The notes under the pieces were generated by a model. It was not told the origin of the DNA. It ran no database searches and was given only the letters and a program-made list of their open reading frames with translations. A program made the position numbers and the translations under genes. From Geosiphon pyriformis uo1 (taxonomy: Eukaryota; Fungi; Glomeromycota): 64,000 nucleotides of DNA. Of this stretch, positions 1 to 15,200 are shown piece by piece. The stretch's first letter is position 1. The number at the start of each line of letters is the position of its first letter. Where the stretch lies: the NCBI GenBank assembly GCA_016748015.1, contig JAAOMT010000694.1:341063-405062 (forward strand), written 5' to 3'.

Positions 1-2261
1 ACTCGGCCTGTTTTGGAAATAAAATGAGAATTCAACCTGTAGTCACACACACTCTCCTGTCTCTTGACTTCACACAAAAGTGAATTATAAAAAATACGCC
101 AGAGAAGAGGCGAAAAAACTTCTCCCTGATCCAGTCCATTGTGGACACAATATCCATCAGTCAAGCCAAAGTCAGTCATCACCCTATTGACACGACCATT
201 GTGAATACTGCCAAAAAATCTAATAAACCTGTCACACATCTTGATTCTGACCAGACTCCTCCTAAGATGTTCCTAACCAACCAAATCATAAGCCTTGTAT
301 ATGTTCTGTAAAACCAGCCAAAGTTCATGGTTCTTCTCCAAGGCATCCTCAATCACAGAACTGATAGCAAAAATGGGAGACTGCATCATCGTGCCTTTCA
401 AAACCGAAAAATTGTCCCCACGAAGAACATCAAAAGTGCTGCAGACTGAAGAGATTCTATTTGAAAGGATCTTGGAGAGAATCTTGCGAGCCATCTCAAT
501 TAAAGCTATAGGATGGGTGTTCATGAGAACCTCTTCCCATTTATATGGTTTAGGAATCATCGAAACCCAAGCTTCCCTCCAAGGCCCAGAAACTGATTCG
601 CTAATCAAACAGAAATTCAAGAGTACTAAAAGCATATCCAAAACAGATTTGTCACAATGTTTCCATAATTCATTGGAAATACTAGAAAGACCAGCCGCTT
701 TTCCATCAGGAAGATCCTTAACAACAGCTAACAACTCATCAAAACCAATAAAACACATGACATCAGAGAAAGCACCATCGAACACGTAATCCAGAGGCCG
801 ATATTGGCAAGCCCAATCCTCAGATAAGTCAGACACCATCTCACATTTTCTGGTCCATCCCTCCATAATTTTGTCCACCTTAGACTTAACCAAATCAGGC
901 TCCAAAATCAATTCATCTTCTACAACCAGATGATCCAGGACCACCTTGCGAAAAGAACACTCCAAAACACTTCTGATAGTGTGACTCTTGTTTAGCTCAA
1001 AACTTTCCATCCTCTTACCAATAGCCTGCTTGATTGAGGATTCCTTAGCATGCTTGGATTCCAATAATTTGAAAGAGCAGTACGATTTCCTCACTTTGGC
1101 CAGTACAGAATGAATAAGATCAAAATTAGCACCTGAAAAAAACAGAGACTTAACCACCGACGCACCAGGAAAGTCGAGTCCATGCCATACCTCCAACAAA
1201 GAAGCAAAACTATCACTAGAAGCCAAATGCAAAGTCTTGACCAACTTAGAAACCAGCAGTTCCAGCTTGTGAAACCTAGAAGAAGTCTCAGTAAACATGC
1301 CATCAAAACCTTTGAACCACTTTTTCTTAAATGTACCATCTGCCAAAAAAACCATAATCTTGCAAACAATGTTCCACATAACGTCCACATCTGAGAACCT
1401 TACTGCCACACCAAAAGCATCCGAGAACATAGAAACATTAGCAGCTGAAGCAACCTTGAACTCCAACCACTTAGCTTCATTGGCACTTTTGACATCAAAC
1501 TTCCAATGATCTTTATTCGCTTGCTTGTGAAGAGAATTCAAACACGTATCCAAGAGCCCACCCAGACCCAAATCCACTGAAACAGCTTGATGGTCTGTGT
1601 CAAAATGCTCACTGACATTCAAAACCTTATGACGCACTATCGCATTGACAAGACTTGAGAAGACAAACACATAATCAATTGTTTTCTTAACGCCCCTAGA
1701 ATTTTCTCAAGTGGGCATTTTTGCAGCTGGGCTGCCAACTAAAGAATTGACCAGACCCAAATCAAAGCATCTTTTGAAACTTGCACTTTTATGAAAGCCG
1801 TCTTCATTAAAATCACCACCGAGAATGATGAAAAAAGATTCGTTGACAGTCTTTGCAATGAAAAAATTGATTTCACCAGCTTAAGAAAACTGAACCACCG
1901 AAGAAGCACCAGCATAAAGCCCCAAAATTGACACAGAAAGTTTACTCTTAAAAAGTAATTTAATGGAAAGGAGCCGACCAGGCACCTTAGAAACCTTGCA
2001 CACATGACGAGCCAAAGAAACGTTCATGATAACAGCAACACCCGCACCCAAGTGACCAGAGTCCAAACCAGAAGTGAACACTCGGACACCGTCGAACTTG
2101 TCTGCAATCCACGGACGAACCCTACTCTTTAATTTCGTTTCAGTAACAATAGAGACTAAATTGTTCATTTTCTTATGCTATCTAATAATGTCTTCTTGCT
2201 TAGCAGGATTGTTTATGCCCCTGACATTGCACGTAGCAACTTTCTAGACTAAACTGCTCAT
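1..2261 (-). pseudogene. LINE ORF2: apurinic-like endonuclease + reverse transcriptase, five in-frame stops, no frameshifts
   Basis: Single frame from ATG 2261: ATCNVRG, VTETKL, ILGGDFN, TIDYVF, DTDH (APE); KAAGLSSI, IPK...PIAL...RKILSKIL, KAYDLV, GLDQGEVFSPLLW (RT). Stops at about 2244, 2178, 1881, 1707 and 273. Confidence 0.92.
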
Positions 2262-4051
2262 TGAGTAAGAGGTAGAGATACCGAAAGTGCACCTAAACTG
2301 TCCATTTTGGCCAAAAGGCCCAGAACCGTTTCCATTAGACACTTCATGCTGTCTTCCAGCTTAGACACTGAAGACATATCAAAAGACACCACTCCCGCGA
2401 CATTTCCACCACTAGTGAACACACTCGAACCCTCACTCATTACTACATCTGCCCCTTGATCCTGTGATAAAGAGGTCACCAACGGCTGACATCCAGGGCT
2501 AGGCTGGGAAACCATTGGCCCAAGTGCATCCAACCTCTTAGCCAGCTTACCAACTTGCTCCGCGAGGCTGGCGAGACTGCGCTCAAGAGCAGCAAACCTA
2601 TCATTGACTTCCATCGTAACTGGTTGGGATGGCTTCATCTCTGAAGAGGAGCCATTTGTTACCACAACTTTCTGACCAGAGAGGGGGAGCGAAAAAGACC
2701 CGCGAGCAACCTTTGCCCAAGAGAGACCACCAAAAGAGACTGGACAGGCAACCAGAGTCGAGCGTTTGGCATAGATGGTTGCCAGCCTGCTTTTATCCGT
2801 ATCCGAGAAAACCCTATACAGTGAACTACTAGAAGACAATTTCCCACCAACTGCACAACCCAATGATGTGTGACCCAATTTCTCACACTTGGCGCATCTA
2901 GCAGAAATAAGATAAGACCAGCGGAGATTGGTGTTTCTGAGTACTGGCGTGGTCCCCACAGCAGCATCCAATGATTCAGCAAAGTTGAAACAAACAACAG
3001 CACACTTGGCCCGAGCATACGTAACAGAATGACGATCAATGACGCACATTTTCTCACTCACAGATCTAACAAAGTCCCAGATATCATGAGCATTGGTTCT
3101 CATCGGCAACGTATAGAGCAGTGCCCTATGTTGGTCCCTAACATCCCATGCTTCCTTGTCTGAATCAGCCCTAGCCATACGCACAGCATTTTTCCTGATT
3201 AAGATGGACCACTTAGCTGCAGCCAAATCAGCTTAATCCGATTGTTCAAATTCCACCACTGCCTTCTGCCACAGCCCGATTAACTGCATCTTGATCGTCC
3301 TAATAACTCCAAACTCGGATAGTGCAGCATGCACAGCCTCAGCCGATGTTCCAACCGGAATTTCTTTCACGACCACAGCCCGATCTAATTGCCCAGATGC
3401 TTTTTTGAGATTGGCGTTTACTAAGATCTTCGCATTCGCAGCTTTATCAGTAGCTTTCATTAGACTCGATTCGGAAGTGAATGTCGTCCTGATGATTCCT
3501 GAGAATTTTGAGGGGGTAGATGCCCCCCCAAAACCATTGATTCCAGAAAACAACTTCCTCATCACCACAAGTTTTTCCTGAGAAGATTTGCCAGCCACTT
3601 TATCCAAGCCAATATCCAATGCGAATGATTTCTTAACTAAAACATTGACCAAATTTCTCACAGAAGGAGGGAGCTCAAGAGGAGCATCCGAGAGAACACC
3701 ATCATCACTACCATTTTTTGAGAAGTCAATTTTCTCCAATGGCTTGTCCAACGCCTTTTTGGTTTTAATCTTCAAACTTGTGGGCATCTGATCATAATCT
3801 CTACCAGCCAGAGCTCCACCTTCACTATAATCAAAGCTGGTTTCCTCCACCAGACATTCCTCTTCCATATCAATACTTTCAGACTCAGTAGTGTCCCCAG
3901 TCTCCGAACTCCATAAACAAATACCAGAAACTTCAGCAGCAACCCTTCCATTATCAACACCCTCTGTCAACACACCTTCCTTCCTCTTTTTCCTTGATGT
4001 AACCGCTTTAAAACCACTCTCAGAACCAGAAACTTTAGCAGTCTTTTTTAT
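2258..4051 (-). pseudogene. LINE ORF1 (two RRM-like domains, CCHC zinc knuckle, coiled coil) with one internal stop
   Basis: ORFs 3233..3973 and 2258..3226 are one frame split by TAA at 3233. Motifs: RAVVVKEIPVGT...AVVEFE, RALLYTLP...CAVVCF, CAKCEKLGHTSLGC (C-X2-C-X4-H-X4-C). The start is uncertain; ATA at 4049-4051 may be a mutated ATG (inference). Confidence 0.85.
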
Positions 4052-4439
4052 AACAGCAATAACAGAGCCAACAGTGGCCTCGTAATCGAAAAATGGTTTT
4101 GATTTATCGTACTGAATGGTAAAAAACTTCTTTTAAAAAACTTTTGACTCTTTTTTGGGAATTTTGGACGATAGAGAGAAAGAAGTTTTTAATATTTTTA
4201 TTTATTTTTTTTTAATGTTTTATCAGCAAAACAAATAATTATATATTTATTATATTCATATATGCTTAAGTTATAACCAATAAAACAAATTTTTCTATTA
4301 TATAATATTAACATTTTAAAAATATTATAAATAGTAATGCCAATTAGTAAAATATACAACAAAGTCTAATACTAATTTCTAAATACTTATATCTGTTTGT
4401 TTTAAACAATTTTAGTTATATTTACAAAGTTTTTTTCTA

Positions 4440-5050
4440 TGAGCATCAATCATTTAACTATAACCAAATTAGCAATATTAGCAAATTCAAATTTAATCAA
4501 AGTTTTTTACCAAAAACCAATGAATTGTATCTTAATAGACATAATCTTACTAAACTTAGAAAATACTGATTCTATAACCAGTTTAAAAAGATATATAAAG
4601 ATTTTTTTAATAATTATTTTTTAATCTGTATGGCTGTTTATTTTTTTAATATAATGAAAAAAATTTTTATAGTCATTAATTTATCTTTAAAAGTTTTGTT
4701 AAACATTACAGAAAACTTAATATTTAACACAAAAAATTTGACTAAATTAAAATTCTGTTTTTTTAAAACATGTAATCTAACTAATAGCAACTGTTGAAAG
4801 CCAATAAACTTAAAAAATAAAAACATCAAAACATTGTTATTATTATTATTCAAATTTTTAAAAAAAAGAATTTTTAGTAGACAATCTATATTGTACATCT
4901 TAATATGTATTTTTTTTGGAATAGTTTTGTCTATTTTATTGTTAATCTTTAAAGTATTTAAGTTAGCATAATTAGTTTCTTTAGCAATTATATTTTTCAT
5001 GTTTTTTATATTTAAAATTCTATTAATACTACTGGTTTTACTAACTGTTT
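4440..5050 (-). mobile_element. Older, AT-eroded LINE ORF1 relic related to the adjacent element
   Basis: Minus-strand translation SKFSKIMSIKIQFIGFW*KT aligns to SEFGVIRTIKMQLIGLWQKA. KFFVLNIKFSVMFNKTFKDKLMTIKIFF aligns to KSFALDIGLDKVAGKSSQEKLVVMRKLF of the intact ORF1. Confidence 0.75.
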
Positions 5051-5399
5051 CACTATTTTAAGATTTTTTTTGTTTAATGTTGTTAAATTTTATATCAGTA
5101 ATGCTAATAAAACTAGTAAACATATTAATTATTTTATTATTTATGTTAAATATGTTAAACTTTTTAGGCTTTTTGTAAAAAACACTATAAAAATATATAT
5201 TCTTAATGTGTTTTTTTTTATGTTTGAATAAGTTTTTAAACTTTCCAAATTAGAACTAAAACTATCAGCAAAAGAGTTTATTAGTTTTATTATAACAAAA
5301 AGTAATATGTTAAAAGAAATAACTAAAAAAAATAAAAAAAATTATTTTTTTGACAACTTTATGATTTTATTATAATTAAAGAATCAACAAAAAAAAGAG

Positions 5400-8300
5400 T
5401 TTTTTTTAAGATTTTAAATTTATTTATGTTATATTTAATTATTAATTGTTTTTTATTAATACTTATATAATTAATTAATTTGTTTTTTTTAAAAAATTTT
5501 AAAGAAATTCTTAAAGTTTATATTTGTATTTATTAAAAAATTTTATAAATAACAACAAATTTTAATAATAATATATTTATTCTAACTATAAATAATTTTA
5601 ATTTTATAATCTTAAATTTAACTAATTTATTTAATTAAATAATAAAAACAATTAATGTAATTTTAATTAAATATTGTTTTAAACAAATCTTAATTTTTTT
5701 ATTTTTTAAAGCTCTGATTACATCAAAATTAGTTTTTATAAATTAAGTATTTTTTAAAATAAGCTTTTAAATTACTTATAATATTAAAATATAGAAATTA
5801 GTTTAATTATAGTTTTATGTTTTATTTAGTTAAATAATATTAAACTTTTTTATTATTTTAATAACATAATCTATATAATCTAGAATTATTTTGTGATATA
5901 ATTTCTTAATTAATTTAAAACTACTATTATATTTAAATTTAATATATTAAAAATCACAAATTTAATTTGATATTTTTATAATAACTGCAAATTATTAAAT
6001 ATAAATAAAATTAAATAATAATAATATTTTTATTTTGTTTTATTATATTATTACAAATAATTTTATTTGTATTCAATTTTTTAATTTTATTGATTATATA
6101 TTAGCATATTATTAAGATTTTTTATTTTATTTTATTAAGAACATAATTAATTTGTTTATGTATTGCTTTATTTTAAATATTAAATAAATATACTTTAAAT
6201 AAACTAAGATAATAAATTTTATTTGTCTGTTAATTAAAATAAAATACATAAATATTTTGTGTTTAATTATAATTATAAACAATAGTATTAATATTATAAT
6301 AATTATCTTTATTTTTTATCATAAAATATTTGTTTACTAATTTTTTTGTTGTTTTATTATTTTTGCTGTGATAATTTCTTTTTAATTTAGTTTTAATTAA
6401 ATGTTTTTATATTTTTTTTTATAAATATCATAATATAAATCATTTTAAAAATATTAATTAGTATTATTATTTACAAAATATATTATATTTTAAAAATTTT
6501 AATATGTTATTGTTTTTAAAATCTGCAATAAAATTATAATAAATTAATTTTTGATTTTTAATTGTTAAAAATATAAGCAATTAAATAATTAGTTTATATT
6601 TTTACTAAGATTTAATAATTTATAAATTTTAGTGTAATTTTTTAAAAAAAAATTTATAGCCATAACAACAAATTATATCAATAATCATTTTAATTTTTAA
6701 TTATAAATATGTAGTATAATATTTGTTATTAAGTAATTTTTAATATAATTAATTTTTAACATATTAATATATGTTTTTTAATAAAATAATATAGTACAAT
6801 TTTAATAATAATAATTTTGTTTATTAATATGTCTTTTTTTAAAATATTGACTAGTAATTATTTTTTTGCTATTTATGTTTTTAATTAAGTAATTAAAAAT
6901 ATATTTTATTTAAATTTAAAGAAAACTTAAAATATTTTATGTAATTCAGTAAACTTTTCTCTTTAAATTTTTTTTGAATAGTTATAATTACAACTTATTT
7001 CCAAAAAATGAATTGCTTTTTTGTATTTAATTAAACAATTATAATTATTATTATTTATATGCAGATAATTTTATATATTAATTTTTATTGTTTTGTAATT
7101 TTTTTATATTATATTTAACAAATTAAATAAGTTTTATTATTATTACACAGTTTTCTGGCAGTAAGAAATTAGATTAGATCTATAATAACTATTGTTTTAT
7201 TTTTATTGTGCTGTCTATGTTCTTTTGGGGTTTTTTTTTCATCTTTTTAACATAACAAAAAATTAGTAAACCTAACAAAAAAACAAACAATATATTGATA
7301 TACCTTAATTATATTATAAAAGCTCTATATTTTTTATAATTTTTTGTATTGTTGGATCTATTCATTACTTGTTTTATGTTTACTTTACAAAATATCATTT
7401 TTTTTTCGACAGAATTAACATAAAATATTAATATCTTGTACAATAAAAATTTTATTATATTATTATTTATACTATTAAAATATATATACATATTTTTTAA
7501 AAGTTAATAAATGCTCAAATATTCTATTCTGTTCTTGATATTTGTTTATGTTGTTATACTAATGTCTAAAATGCTATTGTATTTAATATCTTCAAATATT
7601 ATTTTAAAACTTATACAAATTTTAAGATAAGATAAAAAAAAAGTTTACAGTTATTAATACCAATATAACAGATTGTTTATTTAAATATATTATTTATCTT
7701 TTGTTATTTAAATAATTGTTTGTTCTCTTTTTGCTGTTTTTTATTACTAGTTAAACTATTAATTTCATAATTTCTAACTTAAATACTAATAAAAATCACG
7801 TTTTTTTTGTGATTACAATTTTATTATCTCAAATTATAATATCTAAAATAATGATATTTATTATTTTTTAATTTTGTTTGCAAAAAACTGTTGTATTATA
7901 AAAGAAAAATTTAATAAGATCTAGTTTTATAGAAGTAAATTCAATATATATAAAATAATTAAACTTGATTTTACTATTGTAAAATATTATACTGTTAACT
8001 TGTATAATAAAAATTAAATTAAGTTTTTTTAAAAACTCTGAACCAATAAATATATTAAAAAAATTTTGTATAGTAATAGTTTGTAAATACATGTTTCAAA
8101 ATTTGAGTTTTGACTAAATTACTTTGTTAATTATCAAAAAACATAGGATTTTACTGACAAGTTTACTTTAATTACTTGTGTTTATAATAATGTGATTCTT
8201 AATTAAACTAACTAAATGCCTAAAACTTACATAAAAATTTCAGATTAATTTATTATATAACTTATAATATTAACTAATATTAATTTGCTTAGATATATAG

Positions 8301-11300
8301 TAACAAAAAATTCCAGTATTTTATTAATATAATGTAAAATTTTTATATGGCTATTAACTAACTTGGATGCTTGTTATAAAAAACACAAGATTTTTAAATA
8401 AATTTATGTTCTAAAAATTACTAATACTTTTGTTATTTTTTTGATAATCATAATATATTTAGTTTTATGTATATTATTAACTTTTTTGCTATCACAAAAT
8501 ATTTTTTGTAACAAATTTGATAATAATTTTGTTAATAATATTTTGTCCAAAAAGATGATTTATATAGTAAATTTGATTTTTTATTATTAAAACTGTAAAA
8601 ATTGATGGTTTTTATATATAATAATTTAACATATTAAGTAAATAAAATAATTTATACAATTTTTCTCTTTTAAAGCTAATTTTAATAAATAGATTATGAC
8701 AATTTACAAGAGAGAAAATCGAAAATTTTAATAAAATGTCTGTAAAAAACATCATAAAATAATTATTACCTAAATTTGAAACAGTTTATAATATTTTTAA
8801 CAGATTATAGAAATTATTATTTTTTAATAAGCATTCTGATTTTATCAAAAGCCAACAATATTTTTAATAAATATTTATTTAGCTTTTCCAACATAATTAC
8901 AAGTTTTTTATAGTAAGCTGTTATTTTTTTTAAATGTTCTTAATTTAAGATCTTTTGATATTATTACTGTTTATGTTTTTTTAAATTGAGCTTGCAAATA
9001 TTTTATTTGATAACAAACTGAAATTTTCAAAATTGCTAAGTTTTATCTTATCTTTAATATTGTTCTAAAAACTTTTTTGCAAGTTGAATATATTATTATA
9101 AATATAACTAATGAGAATATTAAATATATAATTATATGTTTTTTTTAATATTTTCTCATAAAATTAAAGTTGTATGTTTACAAACTCTAAATACTTGTAA
9201 AACAAAGCCACTAAAAAAATAAGCTTTTAAATATGTTTTTTTAGTGAGTTTATTAGCAATAACCAAATAATTTAGATAGCTGTTTAATTTAGAACTGTAT
9301 AAATAAATATAAATAATTTAAATATTTTTTTTAACTGCTAATTTTTACAATAATTTGAACTTTTTTGTCTTGTTAATTTGTATTAGTAATATGTAAAAAG
9401 CATAAAACTGCTGTAGTATTTAATTTATTGTGTACTATTTTAAATAATAATAAAAATATTAATATAATTTTTTTAAGATTTTATTAATGTACTTTTAAAT
9501 ATGCTTTTTAAGATATTATAATTTAGATTAAATTTTTGTGTATTGACACTAATTTACAAACCAGATGCTAAAATTTTTTCTATAAAATCAGCATTAAAAT
9601 AAAAAACAAATAAATAAGTCCAATTTAACTAGTATTATAAATTGTATTTTGAAATTTTATTTAAAAAAAATCTTTATTTTCTATTATTTAACCAGTTTTG
9701 CTATTTTTTTTAATATATATTACAATATATTTAAACTATTTTTCTTATATTATTTTTTATTAATTCATACTGTTTCTTGTTTTTTTTAAAATAAGTCTAT
9801 AATTTAACTCAGCTATATTTTAACTTTACCTAATTAATAATATCTAAATGTTTCTTTTAAATAGTATTAATAACTTTCAAACTATTTTTTCAACAAATAT
9901 ATATTTATTGTTTGCTTATTTTATTGTGTTTTAAAGTATTCTGTATAAATTTTATTGGTAATAACATCAAGATAATTTTTTAAATATTGAAAAATAAATT
10001 TCAAAATTTGTTTTTAGTTTATGTTGTTAAGTTTATAAATATAAAAAAAAATATATAGTGTATATATTTATATTTTGTTGTATTTTCTTTTATTATGAAG
10101 TATATTATATTATAAAATAATTGTATACATTAAATTAAGTTGTCAAATTATTGTTTTTGTAATTAATATTTGATTATATAGCATAAAAAATACTATTTTT
10201 TGTCATTTTAAGTAATATATTTATAATAACTAATAGATTTAATTTTACAAACAACAATTTATAAAGTATATATTCACTAAAACTATTAATAAATATTCTT
10301 ATACTTTAGTTATTTTAATAAAATATTATTAAATATATTATTATTTAGACTTAAATGTAAATTTGTAAATAATAAAATTATGCTTTATTTAAATATTTTT
10401 GAAAAGTTTAAGTATTATTAATTTTGTAAATATATGAAACAATCTTTTTTTTTGCTTTTTTTTTAAAATATTTTTAATAATATTATAATTTTGTAATTTT
10501 ATAATGATTTAATTTATATTAATTTTATATAAAGTTAAATGTAATTGAAATTTAAATCAAATAAAGCTATTAAAATATTACATTTTTTAATTATATTAGT
10601 TATTTTAAGTTTATATAATCAAATTTTTACTTTGTTTAATTTTGTTGTAATTTGTTTTAAATTATATTTAATCAAATTAACAAATAAATACAATGCTTTA
10701 GTTTAAAAAAAATTATTTTAATAAAAGTAAGCAAAATTTATAAATTATTTAGAACTTATTTTATCTAAAATTAATAAGATTAAAACAAATTACTTAGAAT
10801 AATAAAAGAAAAAAAAGCAATATTGTTTAATATATATTCAAATTTAATAACAAAATAATTTTGTTAAAAAACAACTATTGAGAAAACAATTAATTAATAA
10901 TATATTAAGATATAATTTAATATATAAAAAATTATAACTTATATTAAAAAAAATACTAAACAATAAAATTATTAAAACCAAATAAAGTTAAATAACTATT
11001 TAATTAAATTAAAATTAACTTAATAGAATTTTTGTTTATTATTATCAAAAACAACTAATTTATAATAATTATTTATTTTATTAAATAACAAAAAGCCAAA
11101 ATTATAAAAAGAGTTAATGTAGAATTAATAACAGAATTTATTTATTAAGTTTTAATTTGTTAATATAAATATTTAAAAAATTTAATATTAAACCAATATA
11201 TATATTTTTTAAATAACATATTAATAAAATTAAGCCAAAAATTTAATTATTGTTAAAGTTTTTGAGTTTTTATAAAAATAAATAATTAAAATAAATTAAT

Positions 11301-14300
11301 ATTATTTTGCATTAAATTATTTAAAGCTATTATTACAAATTAAAATAATATGCTAATACATAACAAAAAAACAAATATTATATAGTAATAAAACAATTAA
11401 CAGAAATAAATTATATTTTGTATAAATTTAATATATATGTTTGTTTTATAAATATCTTAATTGCTAATTTTCACAAAAAGTTTTTAAACTAATATAGTTT
11501 TATGTTTTAATCAAAATTTTTAAAATTCAATAACAAATATTTTTTGTATTTTTTAGTAATTATTTATTTAACAATATTTTTTAAAAGTTAACAACATATA
11601 TATTAAGAAAAAAAACTAAGATTTTTTGTTTTACATGTTTAGAATAAAAGATATAAGAATATTAAGTTATTAATTCTTAGACTATAAATTTATAATTAAA
11701 TTAATAATTACATTATTAACTTTATTTTAAAATTAGAGTAGCTTATATATATAACTAAATATAATTGAATAATTAAAAATAATTGAATTATAACATTATA
11801 ATATACTTATTAAAAACAACATATCTATAAGTTACAGTTATTTTAAAATTAAAATTAAAAATAATTTGCTCAAGTTTGAATTTAATAATTAGTAAATATA
11901 ACTGATAAATTTTTTTTAAGCTAATAATTCTAAAAATATTTTATTATTTGTTTTTAAATAAAACTTAAAGCAAACAACCTGAATAGATTGCAATATTAAA
12001 TTTATGTTAAAATTAACAAATTTGCTGTTTTAAATGCACAGTTATCAAAAATAATTATCTTAATTCTATTATTAATTACTTATATAATATTATTTATTCG
12101 TGTAATACTACTAATGCAAAAATACAAAAAAAATTTCCAAAAAATTTGAAGCTAGAAACTAGTTTTTAAAGCAATAAAAATATAGTGTTATTTACAGTAT
12201 ATTAAATTTTTACACAAATTTCACAAATATTATCAACAATTTTGTTTAACAAAAAACCAAAAAAAACAATATTTTGTCTAAATTAATTTTTTTGTAAAAA
12301 CTGTTTTATTTCATATAATGTCCAATATTATTAAAATTATCTATTGTAATATATGTATTTAAAAAATTTCTTCAATTAAAAATTATTTAAAATTTTAAAA
12401 TTCATATCAAGTTACATATACCAATTAAAATAACTCTAATTTTACTCTAATCGAATGCAAAAAATTGATATTAAGAGCTTTAAAAATGCAAATTTTGGGA
12501 AAAAACTTATTTAATTAATGTCAAATTTGAACTAAATATTTCGAAAACTAATTACTAATGTTAAAATTACAAATAATTACAAAATTTGGTTTTAAAATTA
12601 CTATTTTTTGCAATAATTAAACTAAACTTGAAATCAAGCTTAAATAAAAAAAATCAATATTAAAATCAAAAATATTAATTTTGAATATACAAATAATATT
12701 ACAATTTTTTTCCAACTTAACAAAACAAAACTAAAGTATGCCACTGAAAACAATAAAAATTACTTAGTCACTTTTTTTTGCTCAAAATTACCAATTTTAT
12801 TTTGGTTTCAAATTAAGAAAATTTTGCCCAAACCAAACACAAAAAAACTTAAAGTTTTGGTTTAATTAATTATCTTAATATAATTATTGAAAATTTTGTT
12901 ATAAAATTAAGAAATTTTAATTAGATTAGTTTTAAATGAATTAGTATTAGTTATTAATTTATAGTGTAATAAAAATATTGAAAAAATATTTTTGTTCATT
13001 TTATTTTTAAATAAAAGAGATTTGTATTAGTAAATTGTATTTTTTTAAAATATTTAAACTTCTTAATTATTATAAAATGTATTTTTTAAGTTTTATTTTT
13101 TGCAAAATTTTTAACAAATTTTTAAAATATTTATTGCCATATAGTTTGAAATAATACATGATTTAATTATAATATTTAGTTGTATATGTAAATTATTACA
13201 AATTAAGTTATTGATAAAATAAAAGACAAAAATAATTAATATAAATAATAAGATAAGAAAAATAATTTTATGCTAATTTTCGGTTCAAATAGATAACAGA
13301 TAAACGAGAAACTACAAATAATGTAAAATTAATTAAATATGTTAACAATTTAATAAATATAATTAATTTGAAAAACTCAGTTGTTAATTTTTCCAAAAAA
13401 ATTTGAAAATAGAAATAATGTTTATGATTTTTAACAAAAAATAATACATTGTTATAATTTTAATAATTTTAAAATTTCAGCAGTTATTTATTTAAGAAAT
13501 TATAAAAGCAAGTTTTTTATTTATTAAGTTAATTTTAACAAAATACAAATTAAAAAAAATTAATTGCAGAAACTTGATTTCTATCTTCTTTGAAATTTAT
13601 TGCCTCAAAAAAGAATTGTATAAAAGATATAAGATGTAAGGTTTAAGGTTTTAGGTTGGATGTGAAAAAGTAGTTTTCTTCTGGAAAAAATTTTTTAATT
13701 AAATTCCCTGCTAAAATGCAAGAAATATTTAAAAAATAACAAAACCCAAGTAAGGCCCTTATAAAATGCCTATCTTAATCTATTTGTTTAAAATTTTGTT
13801 TTTATAAAAATTTCTTTGTCGAAATTAATGAAGTTTTTTGATTTTAGGATCCTGTTAATTATTTTTTTAAAAAAAACAATGTAATACTTTACTTTCAATT
13901 AAGAGCATGTTATTACTGGAAAGTTATATTGAAAAAAAAAATTTTGAATGTGGAAATTGCCAATTATTATTTGTTGAAATTTATTTTGCAGCATAAAATT
14001 TTTTAGAATATTTTGTACTTTAAGTTTTATTAAAAAATTTAATTTTTTACCAAACTCCTTAGATTTGCTAAAAATAATAGTATTATAGTAAATTTTTCTA
14101 TTCAGTTACTATATATTAATTATATAGGATAATATTTTACTTTAAAAATAAATTTTTGACTTGATTATTGACTCAATTGTTTAAACTTTTTTAGAAAAAT
14201 TTAATTAACATAGTCTAAAATTTCTAAATCTCTTTCTTATTATTCCAAATTTTATTTATTAAATATAATTAGCTTTAAAATAAATAAAAACTATTTGTAA

Positions 14301-15200
14301 TTTTCAATCTTTGTTGATTAAATTTGATTTTTTTTATTGAATAATTTACAATATTTAATTCAAAAGCTCTTTTTTTTATTATCTCACTTATTTTATTGTT
14401 TTTAATCCTTTATATATGTTTTTATCTTTTAGTTTCAAATTTAAATTAAATCAAAAATTTATTTTTAATTAACTAATAAATCAAAATTAATATTATTTAA
14501 AAATTTGGTCTTTAATATACAATTTTAAAAGTATTTATAGAAAATATGTAGATATATTTTAAATCACATTTTTTATTTGTTTATAATTAATCAAAGTATT
14601 TATTAATTTTATACAAAAATAATATTTAATTATCAAATTTTCATAAAATATATTTAGAAAGATCATTCCAAGCTTGTTTAAATACAATTTAAGTTCTGGA
14701 TAATTAAATAATAGTGTGAAATATGACAAAAATCATAACTATAAAAGATTCTCTGTTAACTTTGGAATCATATAGAATGATATTTTTTGTGTAAAATATT
14801 TTCTATTAAATCCTTATTGGAATTGTGTGAAAACATTTTTTCAGAAAAAAAAATTTTTTTAATATTTTAATTTTTATAATTTGACTTGTTTTTTATGATG
14901 TGTTTTAATTATTGCAAATTTATATTGGAATGTAAAATTACAATTTATTGTATGTCCAGAATAGATTTTTTATACATAAGTATGATAATAGTTTATTATT
15001 TAAATAAGAGCTTCTTTTAATTTTATTAAGTAAATAAATGAATAACTAAATAACACAATTAATTCAAAAAATTGATAATCTAGATATTTAATAGATAAGC
15101 TAATCAAAAAATTTAGAATAAAAGGAATTAGAAAAAAAATATGAAATTTACACTTTAAAAAATGAGGATATTTATATAATATAATAAAGATCTGTTTCCA
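5400..15200. other. Extremely AT-rich decayed-repeat desert
   Basis: G/C is scarce and CpG nearly absent, with no credible ORF. It is flanked by recognisable eroded TE relics, but individual elements cannot be resolved by eye. Confidence 0.65.

Larger units (their letters stand above)
1..4130 (-). mobile_element. LINE-type non-LTR retrotransposon (ORF1 + APE-RT ORF2), inactivated, 3' part runs off the window start
   Basis: GC-richer block with a sharp boundary near 4.13 kb. ORF1 has RRM-like segments and a CCHC knuckle. ORF2 has APE and RT motifs. The ORF1 stop overlaps the ORF2 start (ATGA at 2258-2261). Confidence 0.93.

Noticed and set aside
295-4085. Plus-strand and alternative-frame ORFs over the LINE
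   Set aside because: Shadows of ORF1/ORF2 with no motifs of their own.
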